Notes under the pieces: generated by a model
The model's database searches: none
What the model saw: only the letters and a program-made list of their open reading frames with translations
Told to the model about the DNA's origin: nothing
Source of the DNA: an uncultured delta proteobacterium
Lineage (GTDB): Bacteria; Myxococcota_A; Polyangia; Palsa-1104
Direction of reading: 5' to 3'
Length of the DNA stretch: 64,000 nt
Assembly: GCA_963785725.1 (NCBI GenBank)
Contig: CAWAWS010000003.1
Location: 416,001 to 480,000, forward strand
Program-made: the position numbers and the translations under genes
Shown: positions 27,636 through 38,300 of the stretch, in pieces
Layout: the number at the start of each line of letters is the position of its first letter
Position numbering within the stretch: position 1 is the stretch's first letter

Positions 27636-27713
27636 GCGAAGTCGGTCCGAGTCCAGGCCGGCCTGCTCAGCGAATTCATTCGCGCTCAGACCGGCGTCAC
27701 CCCAGCGCTCGCC
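27636..27713 (-). pseudogene. Second IS66 TnpA-like fragment
   Basis: ERWGDAGLSANEFAEQAGLDSDRLR resembles the N-terminal HTH of IS66 TnpA. Confidence 0.4.
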
Positions 27714-28183
27714 CCCCTTGATCACGCTTCTTATGGCGTTCGTTCCCTCCGGCGAGTTCATCTTCTCTCGCTCCACCGCTGGCACGACGCTGTTTGTCGA
27801 ACGCGTACACATGAATCGCATGACGGCGAGAGTTGGAAAGCCGGCTCGACTCACTTCCTCCGAAGTCATTTTCGACCGAAGACACAGGGCTTATCTACCG
27901 CCTGTCGTTCTCGGGGATGGAGGTTGCGTCGGAATCACGCGCGGCGCGAGCGCTAAGGAGCTGCTGGCGCCGGCGGCGCGTTCCGATTCTCGCCGGCCAG
28001 CCTCTTCGCGACGTCGAGCGCTCGCTCGGCGGGGGCCTCCACGTACTCGACGCTGAGGTGACCGTCGGGATTGACGTCGTGCAGTTGAACGGCGATAGGT
28101 TTCTCAAGATCGTTCCAGCCGGCGGTCCCAGCATTGGGAACCCTCGGCACCAGTCGTTGTCTGGTAGGATCGGAGGAACCCCA

Positions 28184-28681
28184 ATGGCGCGAGCAATGGG
28201 TAAGCTTCGGGCAGACCGATGCGCTGCGGCGATCGCGCTGCTCGTGGCGCTGAATGCGTTTGCCGACGTCAGCGTGCCCGCGCCGGCAGCGAAGGCGGCT
28301 AAAGGAATCATCTTGACGGGAAAGCAGGCGAGCGCCTGTTTAGGGGATCACGAGAAATACGTGACGCCGCGGGCATCAGACGTACAGCGGCTCGAGTCGT
28401 CCTTGGAACCCGCTCTCGCCGACGCCGCGGCAACTCACAAGAATGGCTACCTGCGGCAGGGCGCAGCCAGAGTCTTGACGCGAATCGGGAAGGACGTCCG
28501 CTTCTACGTCGGCACAGCCGATGGCTATATCCACGTCTACGGATATTGCCCTTTTCTCTTCGAACACGCGTCGCGGACGTGTCCCCCGGATGTATCCGAC
28601 GGCGGCTCGTGCATCTGGCGTATCCGCTTCGACGTCAAGCGCGGCACCTTCGACGAATTCGGGACGAATGGAGAGGCGTGA
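28184..28681 (+). CDS. Hypothetical secreted protein
   Basis: GGAGG before ATG 28184, signal-like segment, and C-terminal DVSDGGSCIWRIRFD...NGEA. Confidence 0.65.
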   Translation: MARAMGKLRADRCAAAIALLVALNAFADVSVPAPAAKAAKGIILTGKQASACLGDHEKYVTPRASDVQRLESSLEPALADAAATHKNGYLRQGAARVLTRIGKDVRFYVGTADGYIHVYGYCPFLFEHASRTCPPDVSDGGSCIWRIRFDVKRGTFDEFGTNGEA

Positions 28682-29071
28682 TAGCCGGCTGGTCATCGCG
28701 GCCGGAACCACTCAAAACTCAACGAAGCCCTCCGTGAGATGGGCTACGAGACGGCGCACTGTTACATGTTTCGTGTAGCGCTCGAATCCGGGAAAACCAC
28801 CGAACCGAAAGCACAGCGCGCTGCCTCGACGAGGGCGATCATGACCCGGCGGAAGGGTGGTCGTTGGACCTCGCGCCGGATTCTCTACACAAAGCGAATA
28901 TCAGTGGCAGCGCGCCATCTGGCACGACGATCGCGGTCGCGTCGAGGAGCTGCTGCGTATGCGAGCAGGCGGCGCTCTGTTGCCACGACGCGGGCGCCAG
29001 CTTCAGGACGCGCCGTTGCGGCCAATTTGAATTAGCCGGGAGAGCGGCTAACCGCTTGGACCGCCGGAGCG

Positions 29072-29611
29072 TCAATACGAGAAGGTATCGTCGTCGTGCA
29101 CGTCCGATAAGATCGCGATGCTCTTGCCGGTGACCGTGACGGAGGACTGGGCGCTGACGGTCTCGCTCGTCGTCGCGGCGGTGCAGCGCTTGGTCAGCGT
29201 CATCACGGCGAGGTCGTCGATGATCGGCGACGCCGGCGAAGGCTCGAGCTCTAGTGTGCTGGCGACGCTGACGACATCGCTCGGGGTGCTGGTCCAGGTC
29301 CAGACGCCGTAGACAGCGAGGTCTGCGCCGCCGTCGACGCTGGCGTAGCTCTTGCGCGTCAGGGTCAAGTTGTCGGTCGTCTTCGGCAGCGTCAGCGTCA
29401 GCTGGTCGTGGTCGTCGAGCGCGTAATCGAAGCTGCCGTCGTCGAGATCGGCGGCACAGGTAAAGAAGCGCGCGTCGCCGCTGCCGGGGTGGGCGACGGC
29501 GAGGTCTGCGCCGCCGGCGCCCGTCGGTGTCTCGGAGCCGCCGCAACCGGCCGCGAGGATCGCGAAGAGAGGGAGCGTCGCCCGAATTGCGGATACGAAA
29601 CGTGGCATCAA
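29072..29611 (-). CDS. Hypothetical lipoprotein
   Basis: RBS AGGAG, lipobox LAAGC, beta-rich body. Confidence 0.7.
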   Translation of the reverse strand: MMPRFVSAIRATLPLFAILAAGCGGSETPTGAGGADLAVAHPGSGDARFFTCAADLDDGSFDYALDDHDQLTLTLPKTTDNLTLTRKSYASVDGGADLAVYGVWTWTSTPSDVVSVASTLELEPSPASPIIDDLAVMTLTKRCTAATTSETVSAQSSVTVTGKSIAILSDVHDDDTFSY

Positions 29612-29822
29612 AGGTTCTCCTCAGGCCATTCGGCCAGGCCGCTCGCATCAGCAATAACGGCACCAACATGCCTAATCGTGTCATTTCGCTGCCATCCGCC
29701 CACACTGTGAACGGGGCTACACGACGCCAGTGAAGACGACACCGGCGGCTCGTCGAGGAGCATCGTGAGGCAAATCACTCGCGAGCAGCGATTACGCTAC
29801 CGCCGGCGCATCTGCACGACTA

Positions 29823-30269
29823 TCAAGTGTTCGAAGAGGTCTTCTTCTTGAACGCACCGGCCAGCGCCGCCAACGGCGGCATGAGCAGCGCCGTCAATAG
29901 CGTCACCCTCACTGCCGTCTTCAGCGTCTTGCGCGGCGTGGCATTCACGACGCTCAGCTCGGGGCGCCGCGTCGAATAGAAGACGTGGACGGGTTCACCG
30001 GGTTTGATGCGCTCGCAAAGCTGGCAGCTGTAGTTCAGCCGAGTGCGGCGCTGCGGGACATCATTTGCCGTGTAGCTGTATCCGAGCCCGCCGCTTCTCC
30101 CGCAGGTACAGCGCGTCACGATGCCGCTGCTTTCCGCGTAACCGTCCTGCATGAGGCGCAACGCGACCCAGCCATCTGTAGTCATGAAGAAGACGACAAT
30201 CGCGATCGGCAAGGCTCCCCACTTGTAGACGAGCTTGGCGAGGGCCAGCCAAGATTGCAGGAACGTCAT
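29823..30269 (-). CDS. DUF3592-like membrane protein
   Basis: Two TM helices flank a small beta domain (YSYTAN...GEPVHVFYS..RPELS). Confidence 0.65.
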   Translation of the reverse strand: MTFLQSWLALAKLVYKWGALPIAIVVFFMTTDGWVALRLMQDGYAESSGIVTRCTCGRSGGLGYSYTANDVPQRRTRLNYSCQLCERIKPGEPVHVFYSTRRPELSVVNATPRKTLKTAVRVTLLTALLMPPLAALAGAFKKKTSSNT

Positions 30270-30414
30270 TGAATGGAAGTATACGATGTCCTAACGAATG
30301 AAGGATTTCCACCCGAGACGGGCGAATCGAAACGCGAATACGAATGCCATTCGCGATGTCGCTCTCGCTCACCAGCGCCGGCGCGCTGAGCTTCGCTTCT
30401 GCGGATGTGCCGGG

Positions 30415-32067
30415 CTAGCTAATCGGGATCGTGAAGTTGACCCACGCCGGCGTATGATTTCCGTCGCTGCCTGGCTGGTTCCACAAGTACAGCGCCGGAT
30501 AAGTCGTCAAGTTGCCCTGTCCGTCTACGACGATGGGCGTCACGTACAGTTGCGCTGGATTGCCCGTGGTCGCCACGTCGTTCCGTTTCGACGAGAACGT
30601 CAGCCAGTAGTACGTCGAGCCGCCAACGGTCGTCGAATTGGGCGCCCACTTCGGCCAGCTATTGGTGAGACCGGGGCTCGTCATGTTGGCGCAGCTTGGC
30701 GGGTCGTTCGCGGCCAAGCGCGTCGCCGTTCCGCCGCTCGCCGGAACCAAGAACACCTGATCGAGCGGATTCGCGACTCCGCCGGGAAGATTCGTCTCGG
30801 TCGTCGAGTCGATGCGCGTAAACGCGATCCACTTATCGTCATCCGAGTAGGTTGGGTAGAATTGATTCTTCGTCGGATCGCTGGCGCCGTTGAGTGCGGT
30901 CGATGCACCGCCCATGCGATTGTTGTACTGAACGACATGGATCTGTCCGTCCGCCATTTGGTATCCGGTCGTGTTGATGGTCCCGGTCGGATACGCGACG
31001 CTGGTGCCGGAATGACTGAATGCCGGAGCGCCGGGGAGCCGAGCGCCATCGCCAGTGTGGGGGAGCGGACTAGACGTGCCGAGGTCTAAATCGGTCCAAT
31101 AGATGTCGTAAGTCTGTCCGCCATCGAGCGACAGCATCGACAGCATCGTGCGGTCGCCCGTGGCCCAAAGCCCGCTCGAGAACGTCGGAAACTGTTGGTA
31201 GCCACGCGCAAGCTGCGATGTCGAGCTTGCCCACGCCGTCGGCGGAGGATTCACATTGCCGTCGCTGGATACGAAACGAATCTGGGCGTTGTCGCCGTTG
31301 CTGCTATCGCTCGTCCACGAGAACGCCACGTACGAGCCATCCGGCGTCGACGTGTGGCAGCCCAAGCACGCCGGCGTCGCCGGTTTTGCCGCCGTAGGCA
31401 TCACATCGTGAACGCCTTCGTCGCCAAGCGAAAAGCCGCGCAGCGCCGTGAGCGGCGGGCTCACGTTTTTGTCCGCCGTCCAATAGACGATCGAGCCGGG
31501 CGCGCTCGCAGGAGCGATCGTGAACGTCGTCGTTGCCGGCATCGACGGTCCTTCGGTCAACGCGCTACCGCTGTACGTGGCAGCGCGAATGCTGACGGTA
31601 ACCGTCTGATTTTGCGCGTGCGCCTGCAGCGCCGTCCACGACTGACTATCCAGCTTCCACGGATTCTCTGTCGTGTAGACAACGAGGTCGTTCGTCTCCG
31701 CAGCAGTATGCAGCCGAATCTCGAAGAGGTTCTGTCCCGTCGTCGCTGGCGTGAAATTGAATCTTGGACGCAGCCAATTGTTTGGAAGCAGCGCCCCGGT
31801 CTGCGGATCTAGAATGCAGGGACCGGCCGTTCCGTCGGTCGTACCGCCAAAGAGCACCGGCGCGTTCGGTGGTGTATTTCCCGTCGGATCGAGGACTGGC
31901 GTGGACGGGAAGTCGTTGCCCGGCGTAGTCGATCCCGAGCCGCCGCTCGACCCGCCGGCCGAGCCACCGCCGGCGCCGCCCCCGCCGCCGCCCGATCTCG
32001 TTCCCGAGCTGGAGTGGCACCCAACGACCGAGAGCAATAGAACCAGCAGCAAATTCTTCGACGGCAT
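30415..32067 (-). CDS. TolB-like/PD40 beta-propeller lipoprotein
   Basis: Lipobox VVGC, GSIVYW, CLGCH...PDG, YPTYSDDDKWIAF, NSWPKWAP, WLTFSSKR, NHTPAW motifs. Confidence 0.85.
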   Translation of the reverse strand: MPSKNLLLVLLLSVVGCHSSSGTRSGGGGGGAGGGSAGGSSGGSGSTTPGNDFPSTPVLDPTGNTPPNAPVLFGGTTDGTAGPCILDPQTGALLPNNWLRPRFNFTPATTGQNLFEIRLHTAAETNDLVVYTTENPWKLDSQSWTALQAHAQNQTVTVSIRAATYSGSALTEGPSMPATTTFTIAPASAPGSIVYWTADKNVSPPLTALRGFSLGDEGVHDVMPTAAKPATPACLGCHTSTPDGSYVAFSWTSDSSNGDNAQIRFVSSDGNVNPPPTAWASSTSQLARGYQQFPTFSSGLWATGDRTMLSMLSLDGGQTYDIYWTDLDLGTSSPLPHTGDGARLPGAPAFSHSGTSVAYPTGTINTTGYQMADGQIHVVQYNNRMGGASTALNGASDPTKNQFYPTYSDDDKWIAFTRIDSTTETNLPGGVANPLDQVFLVPASGGTATRLAANDPPSCANMTSPGLTNSWPKWAPNSTTVGGSTYYWLTFSSKRNDVATTGNPAQLYVTPIVVDGQGNLTTYPALYLWNQPGSDGNHTPAWVNFTIPIS

Positions 32068-32536
32068 GGCTGCACTCTAACCCACGTCGCTGGTCGGCGA
32101 CTCATCCTCGCGATCAACATTTCTTGGACCGATAGGGAATTCACGCGCGGAATCACGCTCCCGCGCGGCGTCGTACGCTCTCGAACGAACGCTCGCGCTC
32201 GTGGACTCATCGCAACCTAGTCAGCGCGATATCCGTCTCCGACGAGGGACTGGCGGTTTGCGCAGACAGGCGCACGTACAACGACACCGGCGACAAGACC
32301 TACACGAAGTCCGCACGCTTCGACACGAAGAGACCTCTCTTTCATTCAGGTCGAAGTGTTCAGGTTCAAATCGGACATTCCGCCATTTGGCGCGTGCGCT
32401 TCTTCATTACGAGCCGCTCGCCTACTCGGACACGCAGCGTCATCTCGACGCCAACATGTATCGTCGTGCCACGCTCCGGCTGGGATGTGAGGCGCGGCCT
32501 ATCATCGACACTGTCTACTGAACGCGTATGGGCGCG

Positions 32537-33331
32537 CTACTGAGGCGCGGCGGGCGGCGCGAGCTGGTAGCGCTGGGACCAGGCCTGCGCGCCGTCGAGC
32601 CCGAGGCGCTCCAGGCGCGGCAGCACCGCGCGCTCGATCGTGCGATAGAAGACCTCGACGCGCAGCTCGGGCGCGAGCATGCCGAGCTCGGACAGGGCCG
32701 GCGCGAATGGCTCTCCGGCCTCCAACCGCCGCAGCGCGGGCGCGGCGACCGACTGCTCCAGGTCGGCCAGCCCGCGGCGCAGCTCGCCGCCGAGCCACTC
32801 GCGCTCGCCGGCGAACGCCGGGAGCACGCGCGCCAGCGCCGACCAGCCGAAGCGAGCGTGGCCTACCTCGTCACGCAGGATGTTGCCGAGCACGGTGCGC
32901 GTCAGCGGCTCGCGCGCGCCGCGCCGTCCGGTCGCGAACAGCGCCGCCGATACCGTCTCGCCGATGGCGACTTCGATCAACAGCAGCGCGAGGAGGCGGC
33001 GGCGCGGCTCCGGCAGCCCGGCGAGGCGGCGCGCGACCGGCGCGCGATCGTGGGTGACGACCGCAGCGCCCAGCGCCACGCCTGCGTCGCGGCACAGCCG
33101 GGCATGGCGCAGCTCCTCGCGCGCGATCCGCGCGGCGTCGGCCGCGAGCGGCGCGAAGGCTGCGCCCAGCCGCCGCGCGGCGTCGCGCAGCGCCCGAAAG
33201 ACGAGCGCCGAGCGCAGCTCCTGCGCGCACTTCATCGGCCACGCGCGCGCGGCGAGCTGCGCCAGGCGCGGCTCGTAGCCGCCCAGCGCCGGCCGTGGCA
33301 ACGCGATCGACTCCGGTCGCGGCGCGCGCAT
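32537..33331 (-). CDS. Ferritin-like (diiron carboxylate) domain protein
   Basis: Ligand pattern QELRS, REELRHA.LC, GETVS, RDEVGHARFGW. ATG lies 1 nt after the TAG of the upstream peptide gene. Confidence 0.85.
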   Translation of the reverse strand: MRAPRPESIALPRPALGGYEPRLAQLAARAWPMKCAQELRSALVFRALRDAARRLGAAFAPLAADAARIAREELRHARLCRDAGVALGAAVVTHDRAPVARRLAGLPEPRRRLLALLLIEVAIGETVSAALFATGRRGAREPLTRTVLGNILRDEVGHARFGWSALARVLPAFAGEREWLGGELRRGLADLEQSVAAPALRRLEAGEPFAPALSELGMLAPELRVEVFYRTIERAVLPRLERLGLDGAQAWSQRYQLAPPAAPQ

Positions 33332-33332
33332 G

Positions 33333-33626
33333 CTAGTCTTGCGTCGCGCCGTCCGTGACGGCACCGTCGCCGGCATCGGACGCGGCGTCGGCCGCGTCGG
33401 GCGGGCCCTGATCGAGCGGCACGCAGTACCCGGGCGCGTCGTCGCTGGGAGGCCCGCTGTAGGTCCAGCGTTCGCCGTTGGCCTCGCACTGGCTGACCTT
33501 GCACCGCTCGCCCTCGGGCGCGAGACAGCAGGGGTCGGGGTTGGCGTTGCAGCAGTTCTGGCAGTTGGCGAGCGCGACCGTGCCGCCGGCCAGGACGAGC
33601 TGCTGCAGGCGCTGCTTCCATCCCAT
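33333..33626 (-). CDS. Small Cys-rich peptide or lipoprotein (CQNCCNANPDPCC core)
   Basis: MGWKQRLQQLVLAGGTVALANC leader, Cys-dense core, DAG-rich tail, coupled to the ferritin-like gene. Confidence 0.75.
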   Translation of the reverse strand: MGWKQRLQQLVLAGGTVALANCQNCCNANPDPCCLAPEGERCKVSQCEANGERWTYSGPPSDDAPGYCVPLDQGPPDAADAASDAGDGAVTDGATQD

Positions 33627-33910
33627 CCCGCCAACGTATCCGACCTGCGGCCTCGGCGCAGTGTCGCTGCTCACAGGCGGCCGATCACCGGGACCTGTTG
33701 GCAGCAGCCACGCGCGCGATACAGATCCGGCATCCGCCATCAAGAAAGGCATCGAGCCCACAAGTGAACGAATACGCCGTCTAGGTTTACTTTTTTCGTG
33801 CCCACGCGGTCTCGCCTATCGGGAAGTCATTGCGGACCCGCGCTTCGTGCGATCCGACAGGATGACGGCGACCCATTCCCAAAGAAGAGGCTAAGTGAAG
33901 GAGTCCGAGA

Positions 33911-34918
33911 ATGTGTCACTTGAGCTCATGCAAGGACAAGGACGAGAAATGCACCAAGAAACATTCGGCATGTTTCGCCTGCTACACTGTTTGCATCGGG
34001 CCGGCAAAGGAACCGGGTCCTCACGAGTTCAGCCCGGAGGTCAAAGAATTCTTCGAGAAGAATAGACCGGGTTGGGTCCAGCCGGCGGGGGGATGGGCTC
34101 CATCGGAATCGGGTTGGGTCCAAGCGGGCTGGGTCCGATCGGATGGTCCCACGTCAATGGCCAGCCAATGGGTTGACGATGACACTATCAAGCAACCTCT
34201 TTCAAACTTGGAGAAGAGGTTGGTGTTGATGCTCAAAAATGGGGCTCTCCTTGCGGCCGACCTACCGAAAGACACCCCGGCCATGAAGATCGCCCTCGAG
34301 CGCACAGGAAAAGCTCCGGTGGTAGGGTTGGCTCCGACGCCCGTACCCAACATGCCCGGCGTCCGAGTTTGGGTAAGCAACGCGACTGAGATTCTCCCGG
34401 CTACCGGCATGGCGTCCGAGCCGCACCCGGACGATCCCAATCGGGTGAATGACTATCACTGGAGCTCGACGACCGTGTACATCCGGTTTCGAACCGAAGG
34501 GAAACTGTCGAATGCCGGTGCGGGATACTGGCTGGCGCCGTCCCTGAGTCATCTCGTCACGTCAGTTTACGTGGGGCTTGCGTTCTCCGATCTGACACAG
34601 GATGACTCCGTCGACATCGGTCTCATCAAGGGAGAACGCACGTGTATTACGATGCCTTGTTGCTACAGCGCCAATGTCGCTCCGAACGTCAAGACTTGGT
34701 CTTGCAAGAAAGGGAACATCGACTACTGGTCCGTTCCCAAGCTGTCCTTTCGTCTCGGCGACGTCGGCGTCGGGCACCCGGAGTGGGTAAAAGCCACGAA
34801 GAACGGCGTCGGAATGAACTCGCTGTCCCAGGGTGCGGGCGTGGGCCACAATCGACTCTTGGTCATCATGACGGAGCTCTTGACCACACAAATCCTGCGA
34901 CTGATTAACCAGCTCTAG
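33911..34918 (+). CDS. Hypothetical protein with Cys/His-rich N-terminus
   Basis: RBS GAAGGAG before ATG 33911. 335-aa globular-looking ORF, visibly less GC-rich than the flanks. Confidence 0.7.
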   Translation: MCHLSSCKDKDEKCTKKHSACFACYTVCIGPAKEPGPHEFSPEVKEFFEKNRPGWVQPAGGWAPSESGWVQAGWVRSDGPTSMASQWVDDDTIKQPLSNLEKRLVLMLKNGALLAADLPKDTPAMKIALERTGKAPVVGLAPTPVPNMPGVRVWVSNATEILPATGMASEPHPDDPNRVNDYHWSSTTVYIRFRTEGKLSNAGAGYWLAPSLSHLVTSVYVGLAFSDLTQDDSVDIGLIKGERTCITMPCCYSANVAPNVKTWSCKKGNIDYWSVPKLSFRLGDVGVGHPEWVKATKNGVGMNSLSQGAGVGHNRLLVIMTELLTTQILRLINQL

Positions 34919-35100
34919 TCGCTGAAGATACATTCAAGATACGGGGCGACCGTATATCCCGAGCTCCACTCGCGACCTAAAGCACTCGACATGAATCGCA
35001 GAGTATTGATTAGCGGGGACACCGGTCGCGCAGCCCACCGATATCGACTAAATCCAAGCTGACATGCAGTCGATCTGTCGTTAGTCGGCGGGTTGCACGA

Positions 35101-35214
35101 GAGACCACGATCCCGCTCGGCCGATGAGGGGGGCACCGGCCGAGCGGGCGAGGTCTCGTCCGCTGAGGGGCATCAGCAGACACTTCAGCCGGTGAGGAGC
35201 ATCACCGTCCGAAG
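35101..35214. ncRNA. Candidate structured RNA: three tandem hairpins with a shared loop motif
   Basis: Stems 35112-35123/35137-35148 (extended by GAGACC/GGTCTC), 35162-35166/35173-35177 and 35190-35195/35202-35207. Each carries a TGAGG(G/A)G..CA motif. Confidence 0.45.
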
Positions 35215-35319
35215 GGCGAGCTCTTGCTACTTCCAAAGCAAACGTTGCGACGACATCCGCGGATAACCAGCTCGTGAAACTGTCCGACCAACAATGAGAC
35301 GTTACGAGCTACGTCTCGT

Positions 35320-38300
35320 TTAGAACGACAGACGAACACCGAATCGCAGCGACAGCGGCGCCTGGTACGACGTCGCGCGACCATAGTTCGGGTTGAGCGT
35401 CACGTTGCCGCCGGTGGTCGTCTTCAGGTTCACGAGGTCGGCAACCGTACCGCCGACGATCGGACGAACCGCCGACGTCGTGTACTGCTCGTCGACCGTC
35501 GCGATCGCCTGCTGGTCGAACAAGTTGAAGATGTCGCCGTACGCCTCGAACGTGAAGATCTTCGAAATCTGGCGGCGATACTGCATGTGCAGGTCGAACT
35601 GCGTGGTGAAGGGCGTACGACCGCCCGAGCCACGCGGCAGGATGTAGCTCTCGTCCGGGCCGTAGGAGGCGTGGCTGCCGAGGACTTCGATCGGGCTCCC
35701 CGACAAGCCGTTGAACGCGAGACCGAGGACGACCGTGTTGTCGCCGAACGGCAAGAAGTACGAGCCGAGCAGCTTGATGTTGTGCGGATGGTCGTTCGGC
35801 AGCGGGCCGTTACGATTGATGAGCAGCTCGCGCAAGTCGTACTGCGTCGAGATGTTCGGGTCGAGCTGGCCGTTCGACGCCTGGAAGAGGCCGGGGTAAT
35901 TGCCGACCGTGCGCGAGTACGTGTACGACGCCAGCACCGTGAAGTTGTGTGACAGGCGCTTCTGGGCCGTGAGGACCATGGCGTCGTAGTTACGCGTCGG
36001 CTTCGGGAAGCCCGAGCCGACGTTCTTGTACTCGGCGAGCTGCTGCTGGAGGTTGGCGCGCGGGCAGCCGGGCCCACCGAGGCTGCTGCAGGTCGACGGA
36101 TCGGGCGCCGTGGCGCTGATCTTGTTCTCGAGCTTCTTGACTTCGCCCTCGTCGACGCCGCTGCCGGGGTTGGCAACGAGGTAGGTGTTGCCGCCGTCCG
36201 GCGAGACGTCCTCGATGATGCGGCCGAGGTCGCGGTGGATGTACGTCGCGCCGAGGACCATGTCGAGACCCACGTCGTACTGCACGCCGGCGACGACTTC
36301 TTCCGAGAACTGGCCCTTCAAGTCCGGCGCCACGATGCCGTTGGTGCCGCCCGAGATGCGATTGTTGCCGACGGTCGGCTGCGCGCAGCTCGCCGGGTTC
36401 AGCCGGGGATTCGCCGGGTAACCCGCGCACTGAACCGAATACTGAGTGATGACGCCTTCGCCGCCGAACTCGCGGTCATTGATGTCGAGCGGGATCGACT
36501 CGTAGAAGCGGCCGTAGCTGGCGAAGATCTTCGAGCGGCCCTTACGCGTCCAGTCGTAGATGGCGCCGACGCGCGGCGCCCAGTTATCCCAGATGCCGAT
36601 GAACGTCTTGCCCGTCGAGTCCTGCGCCTGCTGACCTTCCCAGCGAACGCCGGCGTTGACGGTCAAGCCGGGGACGAAGCCGACGTTATACGAGTCGCGC
36701 AGATAGGCGCCGTAGTTGAGCGTCTTCGTCGTCGGCGCGAGGCCGCCCGGCAACAGCATACCGGCGCCGTCGCCGCCGTTGGCCGCGATCTTGCGCGCGT
36801 ACTCGCGGAAGATCTCAGGGTTCGAATCGTCGGGCGTGATGGTGTAGAAGGCGCCGCCCGTGTAGTCGCGAGCGTCCTTGTAGATGTTGTCTTCGAAGTC
36901 GGCGCCGAGCTTCACCGCGTGCGTGCCGCCGAGGCGCGCAAAGTACGTCGCCGAGGCCGCCGCCGAGATGCGCTGATTGGTCGTGTGCGCGATGAAGCCG
37001 AGGCCGCCGTCCTGATAATTGAGGACCGGGCAGGGATTGAAGCTCGCCGTCGCGTTGCAAGGCGTAACGGTCGGCTCGAAGAACGACAACGACTCCGCCT
37101 GCTGATACAGAACGCCCGACTGCTGGCCGGCGGCCGGCGTCGTCGTGCGCGCGTCTTCGTAGTGGTAACCGACGAGCACATCGACCTGCAGGCGGCGATC
37201 GAGCAGCTTCGACACGAAGTGCAGCTGCGCGTCGTGCGTATTGTCGAACACTTTTTCGAGGAGCGCGCCGACCGAGCCGTTGAGCGTGCCGAGCGCGCCT
37301 TCGTTCGTCGACGGGCTGCCGATGTACTGGATGCTCAAGCTGTTGTTGGCGTTGAGCTGGAAGTTGAACTTCGCGATCCAGTTGTAGAGGCGCTTGTCGG
37401 TCTCGTAGCTGTGGCTGTATTGGCTGCCGAGGTTCTGCTCGACGTAGCCGGGCGACGTGCACAGACGCTTATCGAGGTACGCCGGGCAGGAGATGTTCGG
37501 GTCGAGATCGCCGGCATACTGGCCGGCGAAGCCCGCCGGAACGTCATTGTCCGTGCGGACCCGCAGCGCGCGCGTCGTCTCGAAGCTGGTGAACGTCGGC
37601 GCGAAGCCCACGTAGAACCAGACCTTGTCCTTGACGAGAGGACCGCCCAAGTCGAAGCCGAAGTCGAGGCCGTACTTCTCCTTCGTGCGGCTGACGATCG
37701 CCTCTCCCGAGCGCCCGACAGTGTTCGCCTGCAGCTGCAGCGGCGTCGCGTAGAGCCACAGACCGCCGTGGAACTGGTTCGAGCCCGACTTGGTGATGAC
37801 GTTGACGACGCCGCCCGTGGCGCGGCCGTACTCGGCGTTGTAACCGCCGGTGATGAGCTCGGTCTCGCCGACGAACTCGAGGGTCAGCTGCGTACCGACG
37901 AGGCCGAAGGCCGGGTTGGTCGAGTTGACGCCGTCGATGAGGTAGTTGTTCTCGGGACCGGTCGCGCCCGAGAAGCTGATGCTGGCGCCTTTGCCGATGC
38001 CGGCTTCGCCGGTACCCTGAGCGGCGCCCGGCGCCAACGCCATGATCGCGTCGTACGTACGACCCTGAACCGGCGTGTTGCGCAAGAGCTCGCTCGTAAC
38101 CGTGGTCTGCTGCTGCGTGTTACCAACGTCGACGATCGGCGCCGTCTCGACGACGACGTAGGTCTTCATCGCCGCGTTCTGCGTCGGGAACGTGATGTTG
38201 ACCGGCAGCGTCTTATCGGACTGCAGGAAGATGCCGGGGCGCTCGACGTGGATGTCCGAGAAATAGAAGCGAACGAGGTACTCGCCGGGCGGCAGCTGCG

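Noticed and set aside
33332..33634. N-terminal extension of the ferritin-like ORF (365-aa call), i.e. a fusion with the Cys-rich peptide
   Set aside because: The extension is a low-complexity alternate frame. The peptide has its own TAG followed by an ATG. A sequencing indel hiding a fusion cannot be fully excluded without reads.
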